Assembly: GCA_963840885.1 (NCBI GenBank)
Contig: CAWJAN010000006.1
Span: forward strand, 116,530 to 180,529
Source: an uncultured bacterium
Lineage (GTDB): Bacteria; Patescibacteriota; Minisyncoccia; Phycocordibacterales; GWA1-40-21
Direction of reading: 5' to 3'
Length of the DNA stretch: 64,000 nt
A program made the position numbers and the translations under genes. Shown here one piece after another: positions 10,759 to 21,447 of this stretch. The notes under the pieces were generated by a model. That model made no database searches, was not told where the DNA came from, and saw only the letters and a program-made list of their open reading frames with translations. Numbering within the stretch: the stretch's first letter is position 1; each line of letters starts with the position of its first letter.

Positions 10759-12909
10759 ATGAGTTCAATCTCAAAAAAATCAGTTGCATTAATACTCTTT
10801 ACCGTAATATTTTGCGGATTGGCCGGTTTTAATGTTGTAAGTGCCGATACTCCAAGCCCGACTCCTATACCGTCAAATTCTGCGCCAACTGCCATATCGG
10901 GATTGCAAAATATAAGCATTCCGAATTCAGCCACCCAAAATTCATCGACAGATAGTTGTTCTACATTTGATATAGGATGCTGGATTTTTCAAGCCAGTGT
11001 AACTACTATAGAAACTTTCCTTTTCAGCGTACTTAATGCCGTTCTTATTCTGCTTAATGTAGTGCTTGCATTTTTGCTAGGAGTGGTCGGCTGGTTATTC
11101 GATATAGTAATGCAATTTTCAACTGTCGGGCTTCATACTCTTTTCCAAATAAGCTCAATAAACACCGTATGGTCCTTAGTAAGAGATACCTTGAACGTAT
11201 TTTTCATATTCATGCTCCTTTATCTGGCCATACAGAAAATCATAGGAATCTGGGGAGTAAAAGCTCCCACGCAAATAGCAAATATAATATTGAGCGCCAT
11301 CTTCATAAACTTCAGCATGTTCATCGCAAAGTTCATAATAGATGTAGGCAATATATTCGCCATAACTTTTTACAACCTTCTTTCCGCACATGGCGGTTCG
11401 GTATCAGGATTTCTTGTGAATATTGCGGGCACGGGCGCATCTGTAGCTTCTACATCAACAAGCGCGGCAATGAACGTCGTAACGGCTTCTCTGACAAAAT
11501 TAACTATACCGGGAACATTGAATTCCGTGATAATAAACCTGATGGAAGCGTTCACATTGGGAGTGCTTATATATGTCTTCGGCTGGGCGATACTTATGTT
11601 TATAGGAAGAACCGTCATGCTTTTATATTATGTGATAACTTCTCCTATAGCCTTTGTGGGAAATACATTTCCAAGGCTTAAAAAAGAAGCTGACGAATGG
11701 TGGAACGGATTTGTGGACCAGATACTTGTCGCTCCGGTATTTCTATTTTTCATTTACATAATAATAACACTGACAAGCTCGACTGATTTTCAAAAAGCGA
11801 TAACGCCATCTTCATCCGCCACTCTGGTAAGCGGCGATTATAAGACTTTTTTCAGCTCATATATAACATTTATAATAGCCATCATGCTTATACTCCAGGC
11901 GCTAAAAGAAACAAAAAAACTAAGCGGAAAAGTGGCGCAAGGGGTGATTAATGTCGGCAAAGGAGCGATATTGGGAGGAGCCGCCATCGTAACCGGAGGA
12001 GCAGCGCTTTCTACAGGAACACTCGGAGTATTGTCCGGAGGAGTGGCATCAGGAGTATCAAAAATTACAGGGGGAAGAGTATCGAATGTGCTCGGCTTAA
12101 AGACCCTTTCGCAAAAAAGCTTGGGTGTTGCCAAAGGAATAGGAGAAACGGGCTACAAACTTGCCCAGGGTGAATATGAAGGAAGGCCTGGAATGCTTGG
12201 AACCCTTGCAAGATCAGCAAGAAAAGAAACATTGGGAGCTGTTGGAGCTGTTTCTGGCGGCTTGATAACAGAACAGGGGATTAAAGCTGAGCTTGCAAGG
12301 AAAGCTAATGAAGATACTAGAAAAGAAAGGGAATTAACTGAAAAGAAAGCGGCTCTTGAAAGCACTGATAAAGCTATTGAAAAAAGAGCGCAAGAAGCGG
12401 CTGAAAAAGAAACGAAAGAAAAGAAAGATAATTTGGAAAGTGAAAACAAGAGAGAGAAAGTGGAAAAAGAAAAAGCGGAACAGTGGCAAATTGATACTCA
12501 GCATGAAATGGCTAATCTGATGAATACTGGCCAGCCAGTACCAAAAGCTCTTAAAGACAGAGAGAAGCAGGCAAATGACAGACTAAGCAAGGCGACAGCA
12601 GAATTTGCTGATTCAACAAAGAGGTTACAAAACTTCTATGATAAGATGAGACAAAACTATACTAATATAGCTACGGCACTTGGAACATCTGAACACGAAG
12701 TCGCTAAAGAAATAGGAATGGCAAATAGGATTGGACCAGAAATAAAAGATTCCCAATTGGCAAGATTAAAACTCGGAACTGAAATAAAACAAGGCAAATG
12801 GAATACAAAATCCCTCTTAACTGCTATTGGAAGACTTTCGTTTACAAAGAAAGAGCAAGAAAGAACCGCTCAACAGCTATATAAAGGAACCGATGAAAAA
12901 AAATCTTAA
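10759..12909 (+). CDS. VirB6/TrbL-like polytopic membrane protein with Gly-rich and K/E-rich coiled-coil C-terminal tail
   Basis: Signal peptide, at least 6 hydrophobic helices, then GGAAIVTGGAALSTG... and KE-rich tail; sits next to PrgI-like and VirB4-like genes. Confidence 0.45.
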   Translation: MSSISKKSVALILFTVIFCGLAGFNVVSADTPSPTPIPSNSAPTAISGLQNISIPNSATQNSSTDSCSTFDIGCWIFQASVTTIETFLFSVLNAVLILLNVVLAFLLGVVGWLFDIVMQFSTVGLHTLFQISSINTVWSLVRDTLNVFFIFMLLYLAIQKIIGIWGVKAPTQIANIILSAIFINFSMFIAKFIIDVGNIFAITFYNLLSAHGGSVSGFLVNIAGTGASVASTSTSAAMNVVTASLTKLTIPGTLNSVIINLMEAFTLGVLIYVFGWAILMFIGRTVMLLYYVITSPIAFVGNTFPRLKKEADEWWNGFVDQILVAPVFLFFIYIIITLTSSTDFQKAITPSSSATLVSGDYKTFFSSYITFIIAIMLILQALKETKKLSGKVAQGVINVGKGAILGGAAIVTGGAALSTGTLGVLSGGVASGVSKITGGRVSNVLGLKTLSQKSLGVAKGIGETGYKLAQGEYEGRPGMLGTLARSARKETLGAVGAVSGGLITEQGIKAELARKANEDTRKERELTEKKAALESTDKAIEKRAQEAAEKETKEKKDNLESENKREKVEKEKAEQWQIDTQHEMANLMNTGQPVPKALKDREKQANDRLSKATAEFADSTKRLQNFYDKMRQNYTNIATALGTSEHEVAKEIGMANRIGPEIKDSQLARLKLGTEIKQGKWNTKSLLTAIGRLSFTKKEQERTAQQLYKGTDEKKS

Positions 12910-12929
12910 TCAATTAAAATAATAATGAT

Positions 12930-13694
12930 ATGGACAACGATGATATAAATCTTGAAGAACAATTTAAAAATCTGCCGCCTGAACTGCAGAAAGCGATTTC
13001 TTCCGTGGATTTGTCGGATAAACTCCAGCAGATAACAAGAAATGAGAAGCTTCTCATAGATCAGGCCGATGCTGTTCAAAAAGAAACTCTTTTAGTTCTT
13101 TTAGGCATAAATCCGATTGACGACTATATAAACAATATTGGAAAAAACGCCGGGCTCGACAAGAATACTGCTCTGAAGGTCGCACACGATGCTGATGAGC
13201 TCATCTTCAAAAATGTCCGTGAAAACCTGAAAGTAATAAGCCAGCAGATTTCTTTGGAAGAAAATGCTGAAATTTCGGAAAAAAACAATATTCCAAAGCA
13301 AAGCGATGTGCTTGCAGGCATAGAAAATCCATCGGGAATAAAAAATGAAGGTTCAGTTTCCGTAAGCTCAATGCCCTCAAATAATCCGGAAGAAAAAAGC
13401 CCTGAGTATGTGCCTTTCAATAAAGGAATAGAGATAAGGAAAGAAATCACTCCTGAGATAGAGCCTGAAATGCTGCCTGCGGTTGAACCTGGGGAAGGAC
13501 CGAAAAATAATCCTGTTAAGCCGGAAATGTATAGTGAAAATATTCCGCCTGTGGCAAATATAGTCGAGTCAAAAATGACAGGTGAGGTCGCGGTGCCTAA
13601 AAAAGAAATCGTCATAGAAGAAAAAAGCAAGCTTCCGGAAGTAAAAACTGCTCCTTCTTCTGGAGAAGATCCTTATAGGGAGCCGATAGAATAA
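12930..13694 (+). CDS. hypothetical acidic Pro/Glu-rich protein
   Basis: 254 aa, no TM, low-complexity C-terminal half. Confidence 0.35.
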   Translation: MDNDDINLEEQFKNLPPELQKAISSVDLSDKLQQITRNEKLLIDQADAVQKETLLVLLGINPIDDYINNIGKNAGLDKNTALKVAHDADELIFKNVRENLKVISQQISLEENAEISEKNNIPKQSDVLAGIENPSGIKNEGSVSVSSMPSNNPEEKSPEYVPFNKGIEIRKEITPEIEPEMLPAVEPGEGPKNNPVKPEMYSENIPPVANIVESKMTGEVAVPKKEIVIEEKSKLPEVKTAPSSGEDPYREPIE

Positions 13695-13700
13695 AAAATT

Positions 13701-14132
13701 ATGCAATTCCAAGTACCACAATTCATAGAAGTCGAGGACAGGATTTTCGGTCCTCTCACGCTTAAGCAATTCATCTATCTTGCCGGCGGAGCGGGCGGCT
13801 CGGTGGCTATTTGGCTGTTTATTCCGTTTAAAATAATCGCTGTGATTTTTATTCTTCCTCTTCTGGCTTTCGCCCTGGCGCTAGCTTTCTATAAGATAAA
13901 CGGAAAGCCTTTCATAGATGTGGTCCAGGCGGCATTCTACTATGCTCTGGGAAGCAAGCTATATCTCTGGAAAAAAGAAAATAAGGCTCCGGCAAATACT
14001 CCGGATGAGATAGCTGCGGCCAAATCCACGCTTATTGTGCCAAAAATTTCCGAAAGCAAGCTGAAGGATTTGACCTGGAGCCTCGATGTGAAAGAATCGC
14101 TTAATCCCGTAACTCGCGACGAAGATAAATGA
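13701..14132 (+). CDS. PrgI/VirB3-like small membrane protein
   Basis: QVPQFIEVEDRIFGPLTLKQFIYLAGGAGG then two TM helices; lies immediately upstream of VirB4-like gene, as in Gram-positive-type T4SS. Confidence 0.45.
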   Translation: MQFQVPQFIEVEDRIFGPLTLKQFIYLAGGAGGSVAIWLFIPFKIIAVIFILPLLAFALALAFYKINGKPFIDVVQAAFYYALGSKLYLWKKENKAPANTPDEIAAAKSTLIVPKISESKLKDLTWSLDVKESLNPVTRDEDK

Positions 14133-14188
14133 TAATAAACAAGGCATTTTTACGAATTTAGAGATTTTAGGTTATAATTATATTTGTA

Positions 14189-16673
14189 ATGGCAGCTTCA
14201 CAAGCAACCCAGGAATTCGTACCGGTAAAAGAAATCCGGGAAGGAATAGTTACGCTCAAAGACGGCTCGCTCCGTGCAGTCCTTTTGGCGTCTTCAGTAA
14301 ACTTCGCCCTTAAATCCACAGAAGAACAGCAGGCTATAATACTTCAATTCCAGAATTTCCTTAACGGCTTGGATTTTTCAATACAGATATGCATCCAATC
14401 CAGAGACTTGGACATAAGGCCGTACATAGCGCTGCTTGAAGGAAGATACAAGAATGAAGTTGGAGACCTTATGAAGATACAGATAAGGGAATATATAAAA
14501 TTCGTCAAAAGCTTCGTCGAGCAGACCAATATAATGACGAAAACTTTCTTCATAGTCATTCCATTTTCAGAAGTAGTTACGGCTGAATCGAGCAAAAATG
14601 CTCTTTCCGGACTTCTGGGAGGAAAAAAATCCGGTGCAAAAACTGGAGCTTCAGACAACTTTGAAGAGCTCAGAAGCCAGCTGGAGCAAAGGATAAGCGC
14701 AATATCACAAGGCCTTACAAGATGCGGAATAAGGACAATCCAGCTCGGCACACAAGAGGTCACCGAACTTTTCTACAAGACATTCAATCCGGGAGAGCTT
14801 GATAAGCCTATGATGCCCCAGGCTGGAAATTAAAAATATGGCCATATTGGATTTTTTAAAAAAGAATAAGGAAAACGAGCAGAAAGAAGAGAATAAGATG
14901 ACATCTTTTCTCCCTCAAGAGATTTATGAATCTGCCGTTTTGGAATTGCAGGACGTGATAGCGCCTTCGGCCCTGAAAGTTTCGCCTAAAGAGCTCAATC
15001 TCGGCGAAAAAATCGTGCGTTCGTTTTTCGTCATATCATATCCGAGATTCCTTACGGAAAGCTGGTTTTCCCCAATAATAAACCTGGACAAGGTTTTCAA
15101 TATAGCAATATTCATACATCCTATAGATACGGTAAAAGTGCTCAGGCAATTCCAGAAAAAAGTCGCCGAAGTGCAAAGCCAGATAAGGGATAGGGAAGCA
15201 AAGGGTCTTGTACGGGATCCGATGCTAGATACCGCTTATCAGGATCTTGAATCTCTGCGAGACCAGCTCCAGCAAGCCCAGGAAAAGCTTTTTGATGTCG
15301 GATTGTATATAACATTGTATGGCGATACGGAAGAAGAAATAGACAAAGTGGAAACGGAAATAAAATCCATACTTGAATCCAGGCTTATATATGTAAAACC
15401 GGCGCTATTCCAGCAGGAACAAGGATTCAAAAGCATTCTGCCGATAGCAACCGATCTTCTGGATGTACATTCCAAGCTCAATTCTTCTCCGCTTTCCAGT
15501 ATCTTTCCTTTCGTTTCTTTCGACCTCACCTCCGACAAAGGAATTCTTTACGGTATCAACAGGCACAATGCGAGCTTGGTCCTTTTCGACCGATTCTCGC
15601 TTGAAAACTACAATTCCATAATGTTTGCCAAATCCGGTTCCGGAAAATCCTACTGCACGAAACTGGAAATAATAAGCACGCTGATGTTCGATACCGATGT
15701 CATCGTCATCGATCCGGAAAGGGAATATGAATTTCTTGCCGAAGCCACAGGGGGAAAATCTTTCAATATTTCCCTCAATTCCGACGAGCCATATCAACCC
15801 ATTCGATCTTCCGGCTCCAAAAGAAGATGAATCGCCGGCGGATGTCCTTGCGTTCAATATCATCAACCTGGTCGGACTTTTCAGAATAATGCTTGGCAGG
15901 GCTTACTCCGGAAGAAGACGCTATTGTCGACAAGGCTATAACCGAAACATATGCGCTTAAGGACATAACTCCAGACTCTGATTTTTCCAATGTAGAACCG
16001 CCGCTTCTTTCGGACTTTGAACTGGTCCTTACCGGAATGAAAGGCGCCGAATCGCTCGTGCAAAGGCTTTCAAAATACACGAGGGGCACTTGGGCTGGAT
16101 TTCTAAACAGACCGACTAATGTGGACATCAACTACAAATTCATCGTTTTCTCCATCCGAGACATGGAAGACGAACTCAAGCCGGTTGCCATGTACATTAT
16201 TACTCACTATATCTGGAATGCAATAAGAAGAACCACGAAAAAAAGGCTTCTTGTCGTCGACGAAGCTTGGTGGATGATGAAATCCGAAGATACAGCATCA
16301 TTCCTTTTCTCGCTCGCAAAAAGAGGAAGAAAATACTATTTGGGACTTGCGACAATCACCCAGGACGTGGAGGACTTCCTCAAATCGCCTTACGGACTTG
16401 CCTATCGTTACGAACTCATCCATCCAGATTCTTCTGAAACAGTCGCCGACCGTCATAGATAATCTGCAAAAAGTATTCAATCTGACCGATGAAGAGAAAT
16501 ATCTTCTTCTTGAATCGGATGTCGGGGAAGGAATGTTCTTTGTCGGCCTGAAACACGTTGCCATCAAAATTATCGCTTCATATACCGAAGACCAGATCAT
16601 CACTTCCGATCCATCCCAGCTTTTAAACATCAAGAAGGCCAAAGAAGAGCTTAAAATGGCGCAGAACGCCTAG
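14189..16673 (+). pseudogene. VirB4/TraC-family T4SS ATPase, split across at least 4 reading-frame segments (pseudogene or assembly indels)
   Basis: Walker A AKSGSGKSY, Walker B LLVVDEAWWMM, GLATITQDVEDF, NPFDL motif appears in a third frame at 15790-15890. Segments 14189-14833, 14838-15830, 15697-15960, 15893-16462 and 16347-16673 together give about 826 aa. Confidence 0.7.
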
Positions 16674-16706
16674 GAAAAACCCGTTACGGGTGATAAAATA
16701 TCATCA

Positions 16707-17474
16707 ATGGTCTTAAAAAGATTTTTCATATTTTTTTTGACATTTATCGCTTTTATGTCCCTACGAAGCGTCTTTGCTTTTGCCCAGGAAACTTCGACAA
16801 CGACCCAGGCGCTACCTTCAGGGAAAGTCGAAATTTTCGTAGAGCCTCTTTCTTATATTCCTCCTTTTTATAAAGGCCTGCCGCTCTTTTCAAACGAAGG
16901 GACTGTAAAAATATTCGCTTTCACGGATATCGCCCAAAATGGGCAATCAGTATCATCCGACAATCTATCTTTTAAGTGGACAGAAAACGGGATAGTCTTG
17001 GGAAGCGAATCGGGACTGGGAAAAAATGTCCTTATGATTGATTCCGCGCTCATGCTTAAAGCTCCGGAAATAAATCTGGACGTGCTAGATTCCGACGGCA
17101 ACCTGATAACAAGCGCATCTTTGATAGTAAATATAAATAATCCTCAGGTGCTTTTCTACCAAAACAGCCCTCTTTACGGAGTTCTGTTCAATAATTCTTT
17201 GAATAACGGCTTCAATCTTGGAACCAATGAAGAATTAAATGTTATGGCGAAGCCTTTCTTTTTCAGCGTGCCCAGCGATATTTCCGGAGACCTCAATTAC
17301 TCGTGGTCAGTGAACGGAAGCGCTGTGAATTATTCCGGACAGAAAAATTCCTTGCTGCTCAGGCAGACTACCCAGGGACAGAGCGGGGTTTCGTCTGTAT
17401 CTCTCGATATAAATGATTCCGTTAATGATTTTCAGTCGGCAAGCGGAAATTTTAATGTAAGTTTCGGAAAATAA
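16707..17474 (+). CDS. secreted hypothetical protein
   Basis: Signal peptide MVLKRFFIFFLTFIAFMSLRSVFAFAQE. Confidence 0.4.
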   Translation: MVLKRFFIFFLTFIAFMSLRSVFAFAQETSTTTQALPSGKVEIFVEPLSYIPPFYKGLPLFSNEGTVKIFAFTDIAQNGQSVSSDNLSFKWTENGIVLGSESGLGKNVLMIDSALMLKAPEINLDVLDSDGNLITSASLIVNINNPQVLFYQNSPLYGVLFNNSLNNGFNLGTNEELNVMAKPFFFSVPSDISGDLNYSWSVNGSAVNYSGQKNSLLLRQTTQGQSGVSSVSLDINDSVNDFQSASGNFNVSFGK

Positions 17475-17475
17475 A

Positions 17476-18507
17476 ATGAAAATTAATAATTTTAAAAAAA
17501 TAATATCGTTGGCGGTGACTTTTCTTTCTTTTCCGTTTTTATCATCGGCTCAAACAATACAAAATTATATACCTATAAGCGGCGATAATTCGATTCAAAG
17601 CCTTGGCTTGCAGGGAACAACCAATAATCTAGGCGCGTTTTTGGGAGCCGTATATAACGTGGGAATAGCGGCAGCCGTAGCGCTTACGGTCATAATGCTT
17701 ATTTGGGGCGGAATAGAAAAGATGACGACTGAATCATATACCGGAAAAAGCAAGGCCAATGAAAGGATGAAAAATGCAGTATACGGGCTTATATTGGCTT
17801 TAACTTCCTATGTCATACTTTATATTATCAATCCATGCCTTGTTCAATTTGTAGGCAACGGATGCAACAATGCATTATTGAAAGGATCATCAGGATCGAG
17901 TAATACTTCCGGCGGAACAAGTTCAAATGTTCCAAGCACGACTGAATTCGGCGGATACAATGAACCGGTAAATAATTCTCAAGTAACGGTAGGTTCATTT
18001 GTAAATACAGGAACAAACGGCGGAACAAGCGTAGGCGGCTCTGGAAGCGGCGTTACGAGCGGATCGGTCAATCTATTGTCCGATTCTTCAGCAAAAAATT
18101 TACTTTCAATCGCGGCGATAACTGTTCAAAATCCTGCAACCTGCTCTGTCGGCACGAGTTCGCCGTGCATATCGCTTGAAGGATTGCCGCAAAATGCAGT
18201 AGACGGACTGATTGCCGCGCAAAATTACTGCAATAACAATTATGGCGCCGGATGCATTGCGGTTATAGGAGGAACTGAGCAAGGGCACCAAGCCGTCGGC
18301 GGACAAGGATCGGGATATGCGACTGTGGACATAAATTATTCCGACAACGCAAAAAATGCCCTCATAAATGCGGATGGCCTTACGGAATCGCAAAACTTCG
18401 GCGGAGGAACATCGAGAGGAATATTCACTTGCGAACCGCAAGAAAACGGGACAACAGCAATATCATGTGAAGCGAGCGGAGCAAAGGTAATTCATATACA
18501 ATTTTAA
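17476..18507 (+). CDS. VirB2/TrbC-like pilin-fold protein with long Gly/Ser-rich Cys-containing C-terminal extension (putative)
   Basis: Signal peptide, then two hydrophobic helices separated by a charged loop (LGAFLGAVYNVGIAAAVALTVIMLIWGG / EKMTTESYTGKSKANERMKN / AVYGLILALTSYVILYIINP). Confidence 0.35.
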   Translation: MKINNFKKIISLAVTFLSFPFLSSAQTIQNYIPISGDNSIQSLGLQGTTNNLGAFLGAVYNVGIAAAVALTVIMLIWGGIEKMTTESYTGKSKANERMKNAVYGLILALTSYVILYIINPCLVQFVGNGCNNALLKGSSGSSNTSGGTSSNVPSTTEFGGYNEPVNNSQVTVGSFVNTGTNGGTSVGGSGSGVTSGSVNLLSDSSAKNLLSIAAITVQNPATCSVGTSSPCISLEGLPQNAVDGLIAAQNYCNNNYGAGCIAVIGGTEQGHQAVGGQGSGYATVDINYSDNAKNALINADGLTESQNFGGGTSRGIFTCEPQENGTTAISCEASGAKVIHIQF

Positions 18508-18510
18508 ATT

Positions 18511-19782
18511 ATGTCCAGAAGAAATACCATAATAATAGTGCTTACAATAATCTTCGTAATGATGGGCGTTCTGATTTTTTGGTATTCGAGCACTAATAAG
18601 AATATTTCCGGAACTACGGGAACAAGTGGTTCGACTACTTCTCCTTTCGGAAACACTTCCGGCAACAAATTCGTAAGTGTAATAAATTCCACGACCACAG
18701 AAGCAAATTCCCAATCAGGCCAATCTGGACAAGAAAATTCACAGAAGCCTCTTCTTATACAGATTTATAAAAATCCGGTATCCGGCGATATTTTCTTTGC
18801 AAATAAATCCGGACAGGATGTCCTCAGATTCATAGACAGGGCAGTGGGCAATGCATATGAATATGTTCCTGCATCAAACACGGCTCCGATGAGACTTACA
18901 AATACCACCATACCTAAAATAGAAGAAGCGGTATGGTCATCAAACGGAGAAAATGTTCTTTTAAGGACACTTGAAAACGATTCGGACAATATAAGCACTT
19001 TTTCCGGAAAAATAAATCCTGCCGGCACAAGCAGCCAGCCTGGAGAGATGGCTGGAACATTTCTGGCTTCCAATATAACGGAAGCGGCAATAAATCCTTC
19101 AGGAAACAGAGTTTTTGAATTGAATACGAAACCTTCTGGCGCCGGTTCCTTCGGTATTACCGCTATCTTCGACGGATCGAATAAAAAACAGGTTTTTGAT
19201 TCTCCAATAACATATTGGAACATCTCCTGGCCGAATGATTCTCTTTTGGCATTCAATACCAAGCCTAGCTCGGATTATTCCGGTTATCTTTTCTTCTTCA
19301 ATATGCAGACCGGATCTATGAGCGAAATCCTTGGAAACATGGCGGGCCTGTCTACTGTCACAAACAGCGATGCAAGCATGATCGCTTATTCGCAAAGCCA
19401 GGATAACGGTTTTTCGCTAAATATCTACGACAATAAGAAAAAAATTGCGGAAAATATTTCTTTGCCTACTTTAGCCGATAAATGCATCTGGGGAAGCAAA
19501 GACAATACCGTACTATATTGCGCCGTCCCGATAAGCATAAATCCTGATAAATATCCCGATTCATGGTATCAAGGCTCTGAAACTTTCTCCGACGATATAT
19601 GGAAAATAGACGCGCAAAAACAAGAGATAAGCCTCGTATACCAGATAGGATCAAGCGGAGCGGATTATGTGGACGCAACAGATCTGAAAATAAGCCCGGA
19701 TGACAATTATCTTGCCTTCACAAATAAAAAAGATCTCAGCCTGTGGGTCCTGAATGTTTCAGGCGCTTCATCGGCACAATAA
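18511..19782 (+). CDS. membrane-anchored TolB/PD40-like beta-propeller protein (putative)
   Basis: N-terminal TM; repeated SxDxxxLAF / SPDDNYLAFT-type motifs. Confidence 0.35.
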   Translation: MSRRNTIIIVLTIIFVMMGVLIFWYSSTNKNISGTTGTSGSTTSPFGNTSGNKFVSVINSTTTEANSQSGQSGQENSQKPLLIQIYKNPVSGDIFFANKSGQDVLRFIDRAVGNAYEYVPASNTAPMRLTNTTIPKIEEAVWSSNGENVLLRTLENDSDNISTFSGKINPAGTSSQPGEMAGTFLASNITEAAINPSGNRVFELNTKPSGAGSFGITAIFDGSNKKQVFDSPITYWNISWPNDSLLAFNTKPSSDYSGYLFFFNMQTGSMSEILGNMAGLSTVTNSDASMIAYSQSQDNGFSLNIYDNKKKIAENISLPTLADKCIWGSKDNTVLYCAVPISINPDKYPDSWYQGSETFSDDIWKIDAQKQEISLVYQIGSSGADYVDATDLKISPDDNYLAFTNKKDLSLWVLNVSGASSAQ

Positions 19783-19806
19783 AACCGGATGATATCCGGT
19801 TTTATT
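19781..19806. terminator. bidirectional terminator
   Basis: aaaaccggat-gat-atccggtttt-att between convergent genes. Confidence 0.5.
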
Positions 19807-20272
19807 GTTGCTGTTCTATATACTTTATGACGACTCTTCTGTCTCTTCCTTCTCCTAGCGATTCGGTCTTTATATTAGGCTCTTCGGAAAGTGTCCCGTG
19901 TATGATAAGCCTTTCATAAGAAGACATGGGCTCCATTTCAATATTTGATTTCATATCTCTGGCTCTTCCGGCAAGCATTTTGGCTTGAAGCTTCAATTTT
20001 TCCGCAAGACCTGATCTGTAATCGTTTACGTCTATGAAAAAATCAGGATGACCTTCACCGAGTCTTTTTTCTGCAATTCTTTTTATAAGATGTGAAAAAG
20101 CATTAAAAGTATCGCCTCTGTCTCCTATAAGCAGCCCTGAATCTCCTGTTTTAACTATAAAAACGGTATTTTTCGTCATGGGATCGATTTCTGTATCTAT
20201 TGAATCATATGACAAAGCCATCGATTCCAGAACTTCTTTTATTAGGTTTTTTACTTCATTTTCCTTTAGCAT
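19802..20272 (-). CDS. jag: Jag/SpoIIIJ-associated RNA-binding protein (KH + R3H domains)
   Basis: Conserved position downstream of yidC; GDRGDTFNAFSHLI.. R3H-like; KH-like N-terminus. Confidence 0.75.
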   Translation of the reverse strand: MLKENEVKNLIKEVLESMALSYDSIDTEIDPMTKNTVFIVKTGDSGLLIGDRGDTFNAFSHLIKRIAEKRLGEGHPDFFIDVNDYRSGLAEKLKLQAKMLAGRARDMKSNIEMEPMSSYERLIIHGTLSEEPNIKTESLGEGRDRRVVIKYIEQQQ

Positions 20273-20281
20273 GACTCTTAT

Positions 20282-21025
20282 TTATTTGATACCAGATTGT
20301 ATTCCTTTAGTAAAGCCGTACTTTCTTCTCATATAAAGTTCCTGGCCTATGGCGAAAAGGCTTGCTGTTATCAGATAAATGGCGACTACGGCCGGCAAAT
20401 TGTTGGCAATGAGGAAGATTACGACAGGCATTACGAATTTCATCTGCATACTCATGCTTCTTGAAAGATCGTCCTTGAAATTCGAATCCTTAGACTCTTT
20501 CTTCGGCTGTTTCGGCATCGTAAACTGTATCTGGAAATACTGTGCTATTCCGGTGATGACGGCAAAATAAATATTCTTATCAGCTACATTGGCTCCTAAA
20601 AAATTCATATTTATGATACCCGGCGTTATTGTAAACGGATATAGCACCGTATGATCTATAACCGGTAATCCGCCTTTGGCAAAAATATAATATAATGCGA
20701 CAAGGACCGGAAACTGTATGAGCATCAGAAAAATTCCCGCAAACGGATTTATATTCTTATTTTTGTAAACTTCCATTATCTTTTCCGCCTGCAGAGATTT
20801 ATTATCCTTATATTTAAGCTTTATCTCATTGAGTTCAGGCTCTATCCTTTTCATTTCAAACTGCGTCCTGACTGATTTTTGCGACAAAGGGAATAGTATT
20901 ATCTTTACTATTACTGTAAAACCTATGACGGCAAGGCCCACGCTATTGTAGGGAAGCATGGCTATAAAAAATATCAGGCCGTTATAAAGCGGCGCATAGA
21001 AAACACTTGTGAAAAAAGCGTGCAT
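20282..21025 (-). CDS. yidC: membrane protein insertase YidC (short form)
   Basis: LSQKSVRTQFEMKRIEPELNEIKLKYKDNK...NPFAGIFLMLIQFPVLVALYYIF. Confidence 0.85.
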   Translation of the reverse strand: MHAFFTSVFYAPLYNGLIFFIAMLPYNSVGLAVIGFTVIVKIILFPLSQKSVRTQFEMKRIEPELNEIKLKYKDNKSLQAEKIMEVYKNKNINPFAGIFLMLIQFPVLVALYYIFAKGGLPVIDHTVLYPFTITPGIINMNFLGANVADKNIYFAVITGIAQYFQIQFTMPKQPKKESKDSNFKDDLSRSMSMQMKFVMPVVIFLIANNLPAVVAIYLITASLFAIGQELYMRRKYGFTKGIQSGIK

Positions 21026-21065
21026 GGAACAATTCTATATGAAAACCGGTTTTTAGACAAACGAG

Positions 21066-21407
21066 CTATATTATTCCGCCTCTTTTAGCTATATCCTCTA
21101 TGTCTTTTTTTATGTCAGCCTGAGAAATCTCTTTTACGGATTTTTTTGAAAAAAATACGGCGGTTTTTACGAAACCGGGTTTTATTTTGTTCAAAAAACT
21201 TTCTATAACGGCGCTGGCCCGTCTTTTTATCAAATGCCTTCCGACTGAAGTCTTTTCGGTTTTCTTTGATACGATAATGGCAAATCCGGCTTTATTCAGG
21301 CTGTTTCCGGATATTTTTGCGTAAAAATAGTCTCCGGGAATATTCTTTCCGTTTTTTACAGCCGCTTCTATGTCTTTTCTTGAAGCTCTAAGTTTCTTTG
21401 CAAGCAT
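21066..21407 (-). CDS. rnpA: ribonuclease P protein component
   Basis: Position between rpmH and yidC; basic 113-aa protein with RnpA-like ..VGRHLIKRR.. segment. Confidence 0.8.
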   Translation of the reverse strand: MLAKKLRASRKDIEAAVKNGKNIPGDYFYAKISGNSLNKAGFAIIVSKKTEKTSVGRHLIKRRASAVIESFLNKIKPGFVKTAVFFSKKSVKEISQADIKKDIEDIAKRGGII

Positions 21408-21447
21408 ATTAAGAGATTATATAGCAAAAAGAGCCTTTCGGCTCCTT

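Noticed and set aside
11169-11681. 170-aa His/Arg-rich ORF on the plus strand inside the VirB6-like gene
   Set aside because: Alternative frame of a confidently membrane-spanning CDS. Its composition is a frame artefact.
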